Assembly (NCBI GenBank): GCA_963784665.1
Contig: CAWASA010000017.1
Coordinates: forward strand, 61,114 to 125,113
Origin: an uncultured Actinomycetota bacterium
GTDB lineage: Bacteria > Actinomycetota > Actinomycetes > Mycobacteriales > Mycobacteriaceae
Direction of reading: 5' to 3'
DNA: 64,000 nt
Below the pieces are notes generated by a model, which saw nothing but the letters and a program-made list of their open reading frames with translations, was not told where the DNA came from and ran no database searches. The position numbers and the translations under genes are program-made. Positions 50,563 to 63,623 of this stretch are shown here, one piece after another. The number at the start of each line of letters is the position of its first letter. Within the stretch, counting starts at the first letter, position 1.

Positions 50563-50997
50563 GTGACGAATACCCCCTCCTCGCACGCCGACCATCACCA
50601 CCATTTCTGCCGTTCAGTCTTGCGCTGGCTGCGGGCCGGCTATCCCGAGGGCGTCCCCGGCCCCGACCGGGTGCCGTTGCTGGCGCTGCTGCGCAGCACG
50701 CCGCTGACCGAAGAACAGATCCGGGAAGTTGTGCGCGAAATGACCATGGAAGGATCCCCGGCGATTGCCGACCACGTCATCGACCGCGACGAGATCGCCG
50801 AATTCATCTCCGACATGACCCACTACGACGCAGGACCGGAAAACGTCATCCGGGTGGCGGCTACGTTGGCGGCCGCCGGATGGCCGCTGGCCGGTATCGA
50901 CGTCAGCGAAGTCATCCCCGGTGATGACGACGCGGAGGCAGCCGAAATGGCGGCACGAGGTTCCGCCCCCCAAGAACCCTCAGAGGTCGCCTCATAG
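50563..50997 (+). CDS. DUF3349 protein (Rv3046c ortholog)
   Basis: [20 protein letters not shown]...LAAAGWPLA. Confidence 0.88.
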   Translation: MTNTPSSHADHHHHFCRSVLRWLRAGYPEGVPGPDRVPLLALLRSTPLTEEQIREVVREMTMEGSPAIADHVIDRDEIAEFISDMTHYDAGPENVIRVAATLAAAGWPLAGIDVSEVIPGDDDAEAAEMAARGSAPQEPSEVAS

Positions 50998-52032
50998 CTT
51001 CGAGATGTCGATGACGAAGCGGTAGCGCACGTCGCTGGCCAGTACGCGCTCGTAGGCTTCGTTGATGTAATCCGGTTCGATCAGCTCGATTTCGGGCGTC
51101 ACGCCATGCTCGGCGCAGAAGTTCAGCATCTCCTGGGTTTCGGCGATCCCGCCGATGTTCGACCCGGACAGGCTGCGTCGCGCCAAAGCCAGCGGGAACG
51201 CGGGCACCTCCATGGGGTGCTCGGGGATGCCCAGTTCGACGAGCGTGCCGTCGACGTCGAGCAGGTTCAGGTAGTCGCCGAGATTCAGATTGGCCGAGAC
51301 GGTGTTCAGAATCAGATCGAAGCTGCCGCGCAACTTGCGGAAGGTGTCGGGGTCCGAGGTTGCGTAGTAGTTGGTCGCGCCCAGCCGCAGCCCGTCTTCC
51401 ATCTTCTTCAGCGATTGGGACAGCACAATCACATCGGCGCCCATCGCCGCGCCCAGCTTGACGCCCATGTGGCCCAGCCCGCCCAGACCGATGATCGCCA
51501 GCCGCGTGCTTTCCCCGGCGTTCCAGTGCCGCAGCGGGGAAAAGAGCGTGATACCCGCGCACAGCAGCGGCGCTGCAGCGTCCAACGGCAGCGAGTCGGG
51601 GATACGCACGACGAAGTTCTCGTCGACGACGATCGCTTGGCTGTAGCCGCCCTGCGTCGGCTGGCCGCCTTTGTCGATCGAGTTGTAGGTGAAGGTGGCG
51701 CCCGGTTTGCAGTACTGCTCGAGCCCGGCCAGGCAGCTGCTGCATTCACCGCAGGAGTTCACCATGCAGCCCACCCCGACGTGGTCGCCCACCTGGTGTT
51801 TGGTGACCTCGGAGCCCATCGCGGTCACCACGCCGGCGATCTCATGGCCGGGTACTACCGGGTAATTCGGTTGGCCCCACTCGGCTTTGACGGTGTGGAT
51901 GTCGGAGTGGCAGATGCCGGTGAACTTGATCTCGATCACCACGTCATGTGGTCCCGGTTCACGACGGTTAATGGTGGTCTTGGTCAGCGGTTCGGTAGCC
52001 GCCGTGGCGGCATACGCCGAAACAGTGCTCAT
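50992..52032 (-). CDS. adhC: NADP-dependent zinc alcohol dehydrogenase
   Basis: GICHSD, GHE, CxxCxxC, GLGGLG, RYRFVID. Confidence 0.94.
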   Translation of the reverse strand: MSTVSAYAATAATEPLTKTTINRREPGPHDVVIEIKFTGICHSDIHTVKAEWGQPNYPVVPGHEIAGVVTAMGSEVTKHQVGDHVGVGCMVNSCGECSSCLAGLEQYCKPGATFTYNSIDKGGQPTQGGYSQAIVVDENFVVRIPDSLPLDAAAPLLCAGITLFSPLRHWNAGESTRLAIIGLGGLGHMGVKLGAAMGADVIVLSQSLKKMEDGLRLGATNYYATSDPDTFRKLRGSFDLILNTVSANLNLGDYLNLLDVDGTLVELGIPEHPMEVPAFPLALARRSLSGSNIGGIAETQEMLNFCAEHGVTPEIELIEPDYINEAYERVLASDVRYRFVIDISKL

Positions 52033-52179
52033 AGATATCCCTCTTCGATATGGTCGCGTGAGAAAAAGCTTAGTTAAGGTAACGGTCTATGGCCAATCGG
52101 TGCGGCTGTGACCCGTTAATCAGCTTAGGACCGTCCGGTTCGCCACAGTGCATGTCGGAGGCGGCGGGTTAGCGGCCGC

Positions 52180-53295
52180 CTAGTTGATCGGGGCGTTGAC
52201 CCAGCGCAGGTCATCGACGATGCCGCGGGCCGCGACCAATCCCGCGCCGGTCTGCCATACCTCGTCATTGACCACGAAGACCCGGTTGTCGTGCGTTGCG
52301 GACAGCTTGCGCCACGGGTCGCTGTCCAGAACGGTGGCGGCGCGCTGGGCAGCCGCCGGCGACGCGCATGACACGTAGACGATGTCGGCGTCGGCTGCTG
52401 AGAAATCCACCAGATCCGGCGACTCGGCAAGGTCGGCGTCGGTGGCGCCGATCTCGAGGTAAGCCTTGTCGGTGAAACGTTGGGACGCCGGCCGGTCCAC
52501 CCCGACAGCGGTGAGCACGCTGGCCGGGAAGTTGTTCAACCCGTACACCCGGATGGTGTTTGTGGTCAGCTGCACGATGGACGCCTGGTAGTGAGTCGCG
52601 TCATGCTTGGCGCCGATCTCGGTGGCCCGCTGCGAGAAGCCGCTGATCAAAGCGTCCACAGCAGCGCTGCGTGCCGTGGCGGCACCGACGCCACGCAAGT
52701 TGTCTTCCCAGGCCGTCCCGGGTGCCGCCGTGAACACCGTCGGCGCGATCGCCGCCAGCTGCGGATACAACTTAGGTGTTAATCCTTGCGATCCCAGGAT
52801 CAGATCAGGGTGGGCCGCCGCGATGCCACTCAGGTCAGGGTTGGTGCGGGTACCGACAGCGGGCAGGCCGTGCACCGCGCTGCCCAGGTAGGAAGGCTGA
52901 CTCGACGAGCCGTCCGGCAATGCCGCGGCGACCACCCGCGACTGCAGCCCAAGCGCGCACAGGGCGTCGAGCTGGTCGCCGGAGAGGACCACGATGCGCC
53001 GGGGCTCCGCGGGTACCTGCACCACGTCCGGATTGACTCCGGCCGCGTTGTGGGCCTGTCGTGTCGGCGGCCCCGGATCGGCCGCGGCGGCATCCCGCGC
53101 GCACGACTCGTCCGACCGGCGGTCGTTGCCCAGCACTCCGGCCCCGGCGACTTGGGTGGTGGGGGTGACCAGGGATGGGGTCGACGCCTTGGTGCCGGAC
53201 TTTCCGGATCCGCAGCCGCTGGACGCCACGACGACCGCCGCCGCCAGAGCGGTGGTCGCCAGCAGCCGCGTGGGCCCGAGCACGCCGGAAAGCAC
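52180..53295 (-). CDS. fecB: Iron-siderophore ABC substrate-binding lipoprotein
   Basis: Lipobox SSGC; RIVVLSGDQLDALCALG; PDLILG; start estimated. Confidence 0.9.
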   Translation of the reverse strand: MLSGVLGPTRLLATTALAAAVVVASSGCGSGKSGTKASTPSLVTPTTQVAGAGVLGNDRRSDESCARDAAAADPGPPTRQAHNAAGVNPDVVQVPAEPRRIVVLSGDQLDALCALGLQSRVVAAALPDGSSSQPSYLGSAVHGLPAVGTRTNPDLSGIAAAHPDLILGSQGLTPKLYPQLAAIAPTVFTAAPGTAWEDNLRGVGAATARSAAVDALISGFSQRATEIGAKHDATHYQASIVQLTTNTIRVYGLNNFPASVLTAVGVDRPASQRFTDKAYLEIGATDADLAESPDLVDFSAADADIVYVSCASPAAAQRAATVLDSDPWRKLSATHDNRVFVVNDEVWQTGAGLVAARGIVDDLRWVNAPIN

Positions 53296-53483
53296 GCGTC
53301 CGACGCTAACATCCGGCCAGCTCGGAAGCGGCCCCCCGGCAGGACACGTACCGGCACGCCACAACCGCTGAGGCATTTACGACAGTTTGTAGGACCAGCC
53401 CTGACGTCGACGTGATCGGCGGCTAAGATTCCTGTCATTACTGATTCTGGGCCCCTGTCCGATCCGGATGTTTGGAGAAGCTG

Positions 53484-56492
<3,009 letters not shown>

Positions 56493-56493
<1 letters not shown>

Positions 56494-56531
56494 CGACCGC
56501 AAGCGCGGCGAAGCCGGGCGCAGCGGGTTGC
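56493..56531. repeat. Palindromic mycobacterial interspersed repeat
   Basis: GCGACCGCAAGCGCGGCGAAGCCGGGCGCAGCGGGTTGC folds into a hairpin and resembles a common mycobacterial intergenic repeat (recalled). Confidence 0.55.
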
Positions 56532-56627
56532 ACGTATCCGACTAGGTTGGCCGCGCAGGCCCCGGCGGGCGCTGCCGTCGCAAGACCCGACAGCCGTCAC
56601 CCCGTCGCGGTACGGCACGATGATCGG

Positions 56628-57542
56628 GTGCCCGAAACCGGCCCGGAAAGCGGCTTTCAAACCGGCCTCGTAACTGGCCTCGAAACCGGCCCCGACACTG
56701 GAGTAGCCGCGGCCGACCCGGATCTGCTGATCGATTTCAGGGGTGTGTCGCTGCGCCGTGGTGGGCGTGTCCTCGTCGGGCCGCTTGATTGGGCGGTCGA
56801 ACTCGATGAGCGTTGGGTGATCATCGGCCCCAACGGAGCCGGCAAGACATCGCTGCTGCGTATCGCCGCGGCGGCTGAGCATCCCTCGTCGGGTGTCGCC
56901 TTTGTGCTCGGCGAGCGGCTGGGCCGGATCGACGTTTCTGAGTTGCGTTCGCGGATCGGGCTGAGTTCGTCGGCTCTGGCGCAGCGCGTGCCCGACGACG
57001 AGAAGGTGCGCGACCTTGTTGTCTCGGCCGGCTACGCGGTGCTGGGCCGGTGGCGGGAGCGCTACGAGGACCTCGACTACCGCCGGGCGATCGACATGCT
57101 GGAGAGCCTCGGGGCCGAGCACCTCGCGGACCGTAGCTACGGGACGCTGTCAGAAGGTGAGCGTAAGCGGGTGCTGATCGCTCGCGCTTTGATGACCGAT
57201 CCGGAACTGCTGCTGCTCGATGAACCCGCCGCCGGCCTGGACCTGGGCGGCCGCGAGGAGTTGGTGGCGCGGCTGACCGACCTGGCCGCGGACCCGGACG
57301 CGCCCGCGCTGGTGCTGGTCACCCATCATGTCGAAGAGATCCCGCCCGGCTTCAGCCATTGCATGCTGCTGGCGGAAGGTCAGGTGGTCGCCGCCGGGTT
57401 GCTGCCCGACGTGCTGACGGCCGAGAACCTGTCCACTGCGTTCGGCCAAGCGATCGCCCTGGAAGTTGTCGACGGGCGTTATTTCGCGCGGCGCGTGCGC
57501 ACCCGCGCTGCCCATCGGAGGGCTCATGACCGCACCACATGA
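56628..57542 (+). CDS. ABC ATP-binding protein (Rv3041c ortholog)
   Basis: GPNGAGKT, LSEGE, LLLLDEP, VTHH. Confidence 0.92.
   Translation: MPETGPESGFQTGLVTGLETGPDTGVAAADPDLLIDFRGVSLRRGGRVLVGPLDWAVELDERWVIIGPNGAGKTSLLRIAAAAEHPSSGVAFVLGERLGRIDVSELRSRIGLSSSALAQRVPDDEKVRDLVVSAGYAVLGRWRERYEDLDYRRAIDMLESLGAEHLADRSYGTLSEGERKRVLIARALMTDPELLLLDEPAAGLDLGGREELVARLTDLAADPDAPALVLVTHHVEEIPPGFSHCMLLAEGQVVAAGLLPDVLTAENLSTAFGQAIALEVVDGRYFARRVRTRAAHRRAHDRTT
56634..56705 (+). repeat. Degenerate 12-bp coding tandem repeat, 6 copies
   Basis: GAAACCGGCCCG/GAAAGCGGCTTT/CAAACCGGCCTC/GTAACTGGCCTC/GAAACCGGCCCC/GACACTGGAGTA. Confidence 0.75.
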
Positions 57543-58371
57543 TCAGCCCCCGCTGGTACCTCCTCTTGTTCCGAGGCCCGCCGCGACCGTGATGTTGGTA
57601 CGCGACACGGAGGCCGGCTCAGAGGCCGGCTTGGCCATCTTCTTGATGCGCAGGCACTCACAAATGGAATTTGCCGCGGGGGTGATGGTGTTTCCCGGCG
57701 GCGGCGTCGACGACCGCGACCGCAACGCCGATATCGCGTGGGCCGGCCCGCCGCCGCAGTGGTGGGCGCAGCGGTTCGGCGTCGAACCCGACCTTGCTGA
57801 GGAGCTGGTCTGCGCTGCCGCCCGCGAGACCTTCGAGGAATCGGGCGTGCTGTTCGCCGGTCCGGCCGACGACCCGAACGGCATCGTCGGCGATGCTTCG
57901 GTGTACAGCGACTCCCGCCTCGCGCTGGCCAACGGCACGCTGTCCTTCGCAGACTTCCTGCGCCGCGAAAAGCTGGTTTTGCGATCCGACTTGCTGCGGC
58001 CGTGGGCCAACTGGGTCACCCCCGAGGCCGAGCGCACCCGCCGTTATGACACCTATTTCTTTGTGGGGGCCCTGCCGGAGGGTCAGCGCGCCGACGGTGA
58101 GAACACCGAATCCGACCACGCCGGCTGGACGACGCCGCAGGCCGCTGTCGACGACTTCGCGGCTGGTCGCAACTTCCTGCTGCCGCCGACGTGGACACAG
58201 CTGGATTCGCTGGCCGGCCGCACCGTCGCGGAAGTGCTGGCCGTCGAGCGTCAGATCGTCACGGTGCAGCCGCACCTGGAGATCCAGGGCGACAACTGGG
58301 TGTTCGAGTTCTTCGATTCCGATCGCTACCACCAGGCACGAAAATCGGGCGGGATGGGGTGGCAGCTTTGA
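57526..58371 (+). CDS. NUDIX hydrolase (Rv3040c ortholog)
   Basis: VFPGGGVD...[14 protein letters not shown]...RRYDT. Confidence 0.9.
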   Translation: MTAPHDQPPLVPPLVPRPAATVMLVRDTEAGSEAGLAIFLMRRHSQMEFAAGVMVFPGGGVDDRDRNADIAWAGPPPQWWAQRFGVEPDLAEELVCAAARETFEESGVLFAGPADDPNGIVGDASVYSDSRLALANGTLSFADFLRREKLVLRSDLLRPWANWVTPEAERTRRYDTYFFVGALPEGQRADGENTESDHAGWTTPQAAVDDFAAGRNFLLPPTWTQLDSLAGRTVAEVLAVERQIVTVQPHLEIQGDNWVFEFFDSDRYHQARKSGGMGWQL

Positions 58372-59234
58372 GCGAATTCGTGAGCGTCGTGGTCAGCGAC
58401 GGCTCGCAGGACGCCGGCCTGGCCATGTTGCTGTTGTCGCGACCGCCGACCAACGCAATGACCCGCCAGCTCTACCGGGAGATCGTGGCCGCAGCCGCCG
58501 AGCTGGGCCGGCGCGACGACGTGGCCGCAGTGATCCTGTTCGGTGGCCACGAAATCTTCTCCGCCGGCGACGACATGCCCGAACTGCGGACACTGACCGC
58601 GCCGGAAGCCGACATCGCGGCCCGGGTTCGGCAGGAAGCCGTCGACGCCGTGGCCGACATCCCTAAGCCGACCGTCGCCGCGATCACCGGGTACGCGCTG
58701 GGTGCCGGCCTCACGCTCGCCCTGGCCGCCGATTGGCGGGTCAGTGGTGACAACGTGAAGTTCGGGGCAACCGAGATCCTGGCCGGCCTGATCCCCGGCG
58801 GCGGCGGAATGGCCCGCCTGACTCGCGTGGCCGGGGCGAGCAAGGCCAAGGAGCTGGTGTTCAGCGGGCGCTTCTTCGACGCCGAGGAGGCGCTGGCGCT
58901 GGGCCTGATCGACGACATGGTGGCCCCGGACGACGTGTACGACGTCGCCGCGGCGTGGGCACGCCGCTTTCTCGACGGCCCGGCACACGCGCTGGCCGCC
59001 GCCAAGGCGGGTATCAACGACATGTTCGACCTGGAGCCGGCCGAGCGACTCGCTGCCGAACGACGCCGTTACGTCGAGGTGTTCGCCGCTGGTCACAGCG
59101 GTGCGCGGCCAGATTGTCCGCCTCGCCCCCGCGAGCGGGTGGGGGCACCTCCCTCTGGGGGCGTACCCCCACCTCGGGCCGCGAACCGGCCCGCATCGTC
59201 GCCGGACGCAAACGCGGATCCCGGCGGCGGTTAG
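58368..59234 (+). CDS. echA17: Enoyl-CoA hydratase with a C-terminal insertion
   Basis: [30 protein letters not shown]; TTGA coupling. Confidence 0.9.
   Translation: MSEFVSVVVSDGSQDAGLAMLLLSRPPTNAMTRQLYREIVAAAAELGRRDDVAAVILFGGHEIFSAGDDMPELRTLTAPEADIAARVRQEAVDAVADIPKPTVAAITGYALGAGLTLALAADWRVSGDNVKFGATEILAGLIPGGGGMARLTRVAGASKAKELVFSGRFFDAEEALALGLIDDMVAPDDVYDVAAAWARRFLDGPAHALAAAKAGINDMFDLEPAERLAAERRRYVEVFAAGHSGARPDCPPRPRERVGAPPSGGVPPPRAANRPASSPDANADPGGG
59111..59206 (-). repeat. MIRU-like element inside the 3' end of echA17
   Basis: Reverse complement TCCGGCGACGATGCGGGCC...GGCCCGAGGTGGGGG...CCCCCACCCGCTCGCGGGGG...GGACAATC. Confidence 0.6.
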
Positions 59235-59243
59235 GCTGCCGTC

Positions 59244-60218
59244 ATGACGACGAGTTCGACCGACGCCGTTCCCAACCCCCATGCCACGGCCGAGCAGGTG
59301 GAAGCGGCCCGGCATGACAGCAAGCTCGCCCAGGTGCTCTACCACGACTGGGAAGCGGAGTCCTACGACGAGAAGTGGTCGATCTCTTACGACCAGCGCT
59401 GCGTCGACTACGCCCGGGACTGCTTCGACGCCATCGTGCCCGACGAGGTCCTTCGCGAGCTGCCCTACGACCGTGCCCTCGAACTCGGCTGCGGGACAGG
59501 GTTCTTCCTGCTCAATCTGATCCAGGCCGGTGTTGCTCGGCGCGGGTCGGTCACCGACCTGTCACCCGGCATGGTCAAGGTCGCCACCCGTAACGGGCAA
59601 TCGCTCGGGCTGGACATCGACGGCCGGGTGGCCGACGCCGAGGGCATCCCCTACGAAGACAACACCTTCGACTTGGTGGTCGGGCACGCCGTGCTGCATC
59701 ACATTCCCGATGTCGAGCTTTCGCTGCGGGAGGCGATCCGGGTGCTGCGGCCGGGCGGCCGGTTCGTCTTCGCCGGCGAGCCGACCTCCGCCGGCGACGC
59801 ATACGCCCGCACGCTGTCCACGCTGACCTGGCGAGTCGTCACCAACGCCACGAGGCTGCCCGGCCTGAGCGGCTGGCGCCGTCCGCAGGCCGAGCTCGAC
59901 GAATCCTCGCGTGCCGCGGCGCTGGAGGCGCTCGTCGACCTGCACACCTTTGCGCCGCGCGACCTGGAGCGGATGGCCACCAACGCCGGCGCGGTCGAAG
60001 TGCGGACCGCGACCGTGGAATTCACTGCCGCGATGCTGGGCTGGCCGCTGCGCACCTTTGAATGCGCGGTGCCGCCCGAGCGCCTGGGCTGGGGCTGGGC
60101 GAAGTTCGCATTCAACAGCTGGAAGGCACTGAGCTGGGCGGACGCCAACGTGTGGCGGCACGTGGCGCCGAAGGGCTGGTTCTACAACGCGATGGTCACC
60201 GGGGTCAAACCCTCCTGA
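59244..60218 (+). CDS. Class I SAM-dependent methyltransferase (Rv3038c ortholog)
   Basis: ALELGCGTG, FDLVVGHAVLHH, RVLRPGG. Confidence 0.92.
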   Translation: MTTSSTDAVPNPHATAEQVEAARHDSKLAQVLYHDWEAESYDEKWSISYDQRCVDYARDCFDAIVPDEVLRELPYDRALELGCGTGFFLLNLIQAGVARRGSVTDLSPGMVKVATRNGQSLGLDIDGRVADAEGIPYEDNTFDLVVGHAVLHHIPDVELSLREAIRVLRPGGRFVFAGEPTSAGDAYARTLSTLTWRVVTNATRLPGLSGWRRPQAELDESSRAAALEALVDLHTFAPRDLERMATNAGAVEVRTATVEFTAAMLGWPLRTFECAVPPERLGWGWAKFAFNSWKALSWADANVWRHVAPKGWFYNAMVTGVKPS

Positions 60219-61417
60219 GCGTCGGGCTCACCTTCAGCACGGACGACGTCGGCTACCTGCGGTCAGAATCGGGTGCTGCAGCGCTGGCAGCGGTCGCCGA
60301 ACTCGAGCTGACGGACAATACCCGGATTGCCGATATCGCCGCGGCGCGTGCCCGATTCGGCGACCGGGCAGCGGTGCTGGTGGAGACGACGCTGCTGCGC
60401 CGGCGCGCAGCCGACAAGCTGCGCGAGCTGGGCCCCGAATTCAGGGTGTCGAACTGGCTGTTCACCGATGAGGCGTTGCAGCAAGCCACTGCGGCACCGG
60501 TGGCTCTGCACCGGGCCACGCGGCTGGCCGATGCTGGAGTTGTCGTGCACGATGCGACCTGTTCGATCGGCACCGAATTGGCCGCGCTGCGCGGGTCGGG
60601 GGTCGCAGCGATAGGGAGCGACATCGACGCGGTGCGGCTGGCGATGGCGCGCCACAACCTGGGGGCGGCGACCGGCCTCTGCCGTGCCGACGCGCTGCAC
60701 CCGGTGACCCGCGACGCGGTGGTGGTCGTCGACCCGGCGCGCCGGCAAGGCGGGCTGCGGCGCTTCACTATCGACGGCTACCAGCCCGGGTTGGGCCAGT
60801 TGATCGACACCTACCGTCGCCGGGATCTCGTCGTAAAGTGCGCTCCCGGAATAAATTTCGATCAAGTACGACGGCTCGGTTTCGACGGCGAGATCGAGGT
60901 GACCTCATACCGCGGTTCGGTCCGGGAAGCATGCCTGTGGTCGGCCGGATTGGCTCAGCCGGGTGTCCGCCGACGGGCGAATGTCCTTGATCGCGATGAA
61001 CAGATTACCGACACCGAACCGGACGACTGCCCGGCCCGGCCGGCCGGGCGATGGATCGTCGACCCCGACGGCGCCGTGGTCCGGGCCGGGCTGGTGCGCC
61101 ACTACGGCGCGCGGCACGGCCTGTGGCAACTCGACCCGGACATCGCCTACTTGTCGGGGGATCGGCTGCCGTCGGGGATCCGGGGTTTCGAGGTGCTCGA
61201 GCAGTTCGTGTTCGACGAGCGACGGCTCCGGCAGGCATTGTCGGCGCTGGACTGCGGGGCGCTGGAGGTCCTGGTCCGCGGTGTGCAGGTCGACCCTGAC
61301 GCGCTGCGGCGACGGATGCGGCTGCGCGGCAGCCGATCCCTGACGGCGGTCATCACCCGCATCGGCTCCGGGGCTGCCGGTCGCGCAGAGGTGTTCGTTT
61401 GCCGCCCGTCGCGATAG
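60215..61417 (+). CDS. SAM-dependent methyltransferase with THUMP-like domain (Rv3037c ortholog)
   Basis: FTDEALQQAT, HDATCSIG, DPARR, VKCAPG; start unclear (CTG overlapping the upstream TGA). Confidence 0.85.
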   Translation: MSVGLTFSTDDVGYLRSESGAAALAAVAELELTDNTRIADIAAARARFGDRAAVLVETTLLRRRAADKLRELGPEFRVSNWLFTDEALQQATAAPVALHRATRLADAGVVVHDATCSIGTELAALRGSGVAAIGSDIDAVRLAMARHNLGAATGLCRADALHPVTRDAVVVVDPARRQGGLRRFTIDGYQPGLGQLIDTYRRRDLVVKCAPGINFDQVRRLGFDGEIEVTSYRGSVREACLWSAGLAQPGVRRRANVLDRDEQITDTEPDDCPARPAGRWIVDPDGAVVRAGLVRHYGARHGLWQLDPDIAYLSGDRLPSGIRGFEVLEQFVFDERRLRQALSALDCGALEVLVRGVQVDPDALRRRMRLRGSRSLTAVITRIGSGAAGRAEVFVCRPSR

Positions 61418-61487
61418 TGCCGGGTACGCTGGCTGCCGTCACTCTTCTGAGCCCCCAGCCTGTTTAGCCTGCGAGGACAATTCGACG

Positions 61488-62171
61488 ATGCGTTATCTGA
61501 TAGCGGCCGCGGTGCTGGTACCGGCGGTCCTGCTGGGCTGGCCGGCGGCCGCCGCGCCCCCTTCTTGTGCCGGCTTGGGCGGCACGATCGAAGCCGGGCA
61601 GATATGCCATGTGCGCGCCACCGGCCCGACCTACATGCTCAACATGACCTTTCCCGCTGACTATCCCGATGAACAGGCGCTGACCGACTACATCACGCAA
61701 AACCGCGACGGGTTCGTCAACGTCGCACAGAGCTCCGGGGGGCGCGATCAGCCCTACCAAATGGAGGCCACCACCGAACAACACACCTCCGGTCAGCCGC
61801 CGCACAACACCCGCAGCGTTGTGCTCGAGTTCTTCCAGGACCTCGGCGGAGCGCATCCGTCCATCTGGTACAAAGCATTCAACTACAACCTCGGGACAAA
61901 GCAGCCCATCACCTTCGACAATCTGTTCGCGCCAGGCACTACGCCGCTGGACAGCATCTTCCCGATCGTCCAGCGCGACTTGGAACGGCAAACCCCGCTG
62001 GGGGCAACCATTTTCCCCTCGACCGGGCTTGACCCGTCGCACTACCAGAACTTTGCCATCACCGACGATCAGCTGATCTTCTACTTCGCCCCCGGTGAAA
62101 TGCTGCCGGCGTTTGCCGGCCCGGCCCAAGCCCAGGTGCCCCGCAACGCGATCCCGCCGCTGGCTATCTGA
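61488..62171 (+). CDS. Secreted TB22.2/MPT64-like (RsiV/DUF3298) protein
   Basis: Signal peptide; YPDEQAL...GGAHP..WYKAFNY...YQNFAITDDQLIFYF. Confidence 0.9.
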   Translation: MRYLIAAAVLVPAVLLGWPAAAAPPSCAGLGGTIEAGQICHVRATGPTYMLNMTFPADYPDEQALTDYITQNRDGFVNVAQSSGGRDQPYQMEATTEQHTSGQPPHNTRSVVLEFFQDLGGAHPSIWYKAFNYNLGTKQPITFDNLFAPGTTPLDSIFPIVQRDLERQTPLGATIFPSTGLDPSHYQNFAITDDQLIFYFAPGEMLPAFAGPAQAQVPRNAIPPLAI

Positions 62172-62179
62172 CGACCGGT

Positions 62180-63529
62180 CTAGGCCGGCGCGAACCCATA
62201 AACCTGGCCGTCGCTGGTGGCGGCCACCACGCGGCGATCGGTGCCGACCGACACCCCGACGGGATATCCACTCGCCGCAGGAAGCGGATAACTGCCCAGC
62301 GTGTGGCCATTGCCCGGATCGAAGGCCAGCACCGACATACCCGACGCGCCGTTGGCCGGCGGCCCGCCGATGACCGTGTAGCCGACGCCTTTGCCGGCCA
62401 GGCTCGACGACGACAGCGGGACGACGTCATCGCGGCGCCAGACCTGATCGGCGTGATCAGCCGCATCCTTGAACGCCACCAGCCGGGTGTCGGGGCCGCC
62501 GCCCGACACGATCAATCCCTGCGGGGTGACCGCGGGCGGCGTCTGCGCCAAAAATCCCAGCGGCGCCGACCACTTCACTTTCCCGTCGGTGGCGTGCAGT
62601 GCCCACAGTCGTTGGTCGCGGCCATTGACGTAGACCGTTGACCCGTCGGCGGACAGCACCGGGCTGGCAATGATGCCGGCGCTCACCGCGTCGCTGGTCC
62701 ACTCCCGGACCAGCAGCGGCGTCTGCCCCGGGTGATACTTCAGCTCCACTAGCCCCGCGGCCGGGGCACCCGGCTGCCAGACACCCAGCACCACCGTCCC
62801 GTTGACCGCCGAGAAGGCGGGGGCGCCGGCAATCGGGCAGCCCGACCGGGCCGGCGCGCAATCGGCCAATCCGCGTGTCGCATCGGTGGGGTCGATGCCC
62901 TCCACCAGATCCAGCGGGCTGCCGACCACCTTGCCGCGGTGGGCGTCGAAAACCAGCACCTGTCCCAGGTGCGTGGTGACGAGCAGTTGGCCGTGTCCTA
63001 GAAACCGCGGGGTGCCGGGCATCCCGATCACCGGCTGTCGCCACCGCGTCCACTGTGTCACCGGGAAAGACAGGAATGCGCCCGGCTGGCCGACGTAAAG
63101 GTTGTCGAAGCCGTCGAGCAATGGACCTGCGAAGCCGCCGCCCTGGACCAATCGGACACACCAGCGCTGCCGGCCGTTGTCATTGTTCTCCCACTCCATC
63201 AGCGAACATCCGGCAGGGGTCTGCGCATTCAAGGCGAGATAACCACGTTCGCTCAGCGCCGGCCCCGCCGCCAGGCTTCCTTTGACCGAACGCGTCCATT
63301 TCAGCGACAGCTTCGTTGCGCCGATCGTCGTGGTGTAGCTGCTGTTGGAAGCGTCGCCGTACTGCGCGGGCCAGCCTTGCGCGGGAGACGCGTCCACCCA
63401 TGAGTCGGTGTTGCCGCAGCCGCCGATCCCGACCATGAGAACAGCCATGAGCACCGCAGACGACCAACGCCGAAGCCCACGCGGGAGATGTCGGGCAAGC
63501 ACCTCGGGTTTCCAAATCCTTCTTCCCAC
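62180..63529 (-). CDS. PQQ-type beta-propeller lipoprotein (Rv3035 ortholog)
   Basis: IGGC lipobox; WPAQYGDASNS; ALHATDGKVKW; start uncertain. Confidence 0.85.
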   Translation of the reverse strand: MGRRIWKPEVLARHLPRGLRRWSSAVLMAVLMVGIGGCGNTDSWVDASPAQGWPAQYGDASNSSYTTTIGATKLSLKWTRSVKGSLAAGPALSERGYLALNAQTPAGCSLMEWENNDNGRQRWCVRLVQGGGFAGPLLDGFDNLYVGQPGAFLSFPVTQWTRWRQPVIGMPGTPRFLGHGQLLVTTHLGQVLVFDAHRGKVVGSPLDLVEGIDPTDATRGLADCAPARSGCPIAGAPAFSAVNGTVVLGVWQPGAPAAGLVELKYHPGQTPLLVREWTSDAVSAGIIASPVLSADGSTVYVNGRDQRLWALHATDGKVKWSAPLGFLAQTPPAVTPQGLIVSGGGPDTRLVAFKDAADHADQVWRRDDVVPLSSSSLAGKGVGYTVIGGPPANGASGMSVLAFDPGNGHTLGSYPLPAASGYPVGVSVGTDRRVVAATSDGQVYGFAPA

Positions 63530-63623
63530 GCGGGTCGCTCAAGGCAGGCCCGGCCGTTCGGCATGAGCAGCGATCGAGTACAGGTGAGGGTAACCCGTGC
63601 CGGCTCGGCTAGGCTTTCGGCCC

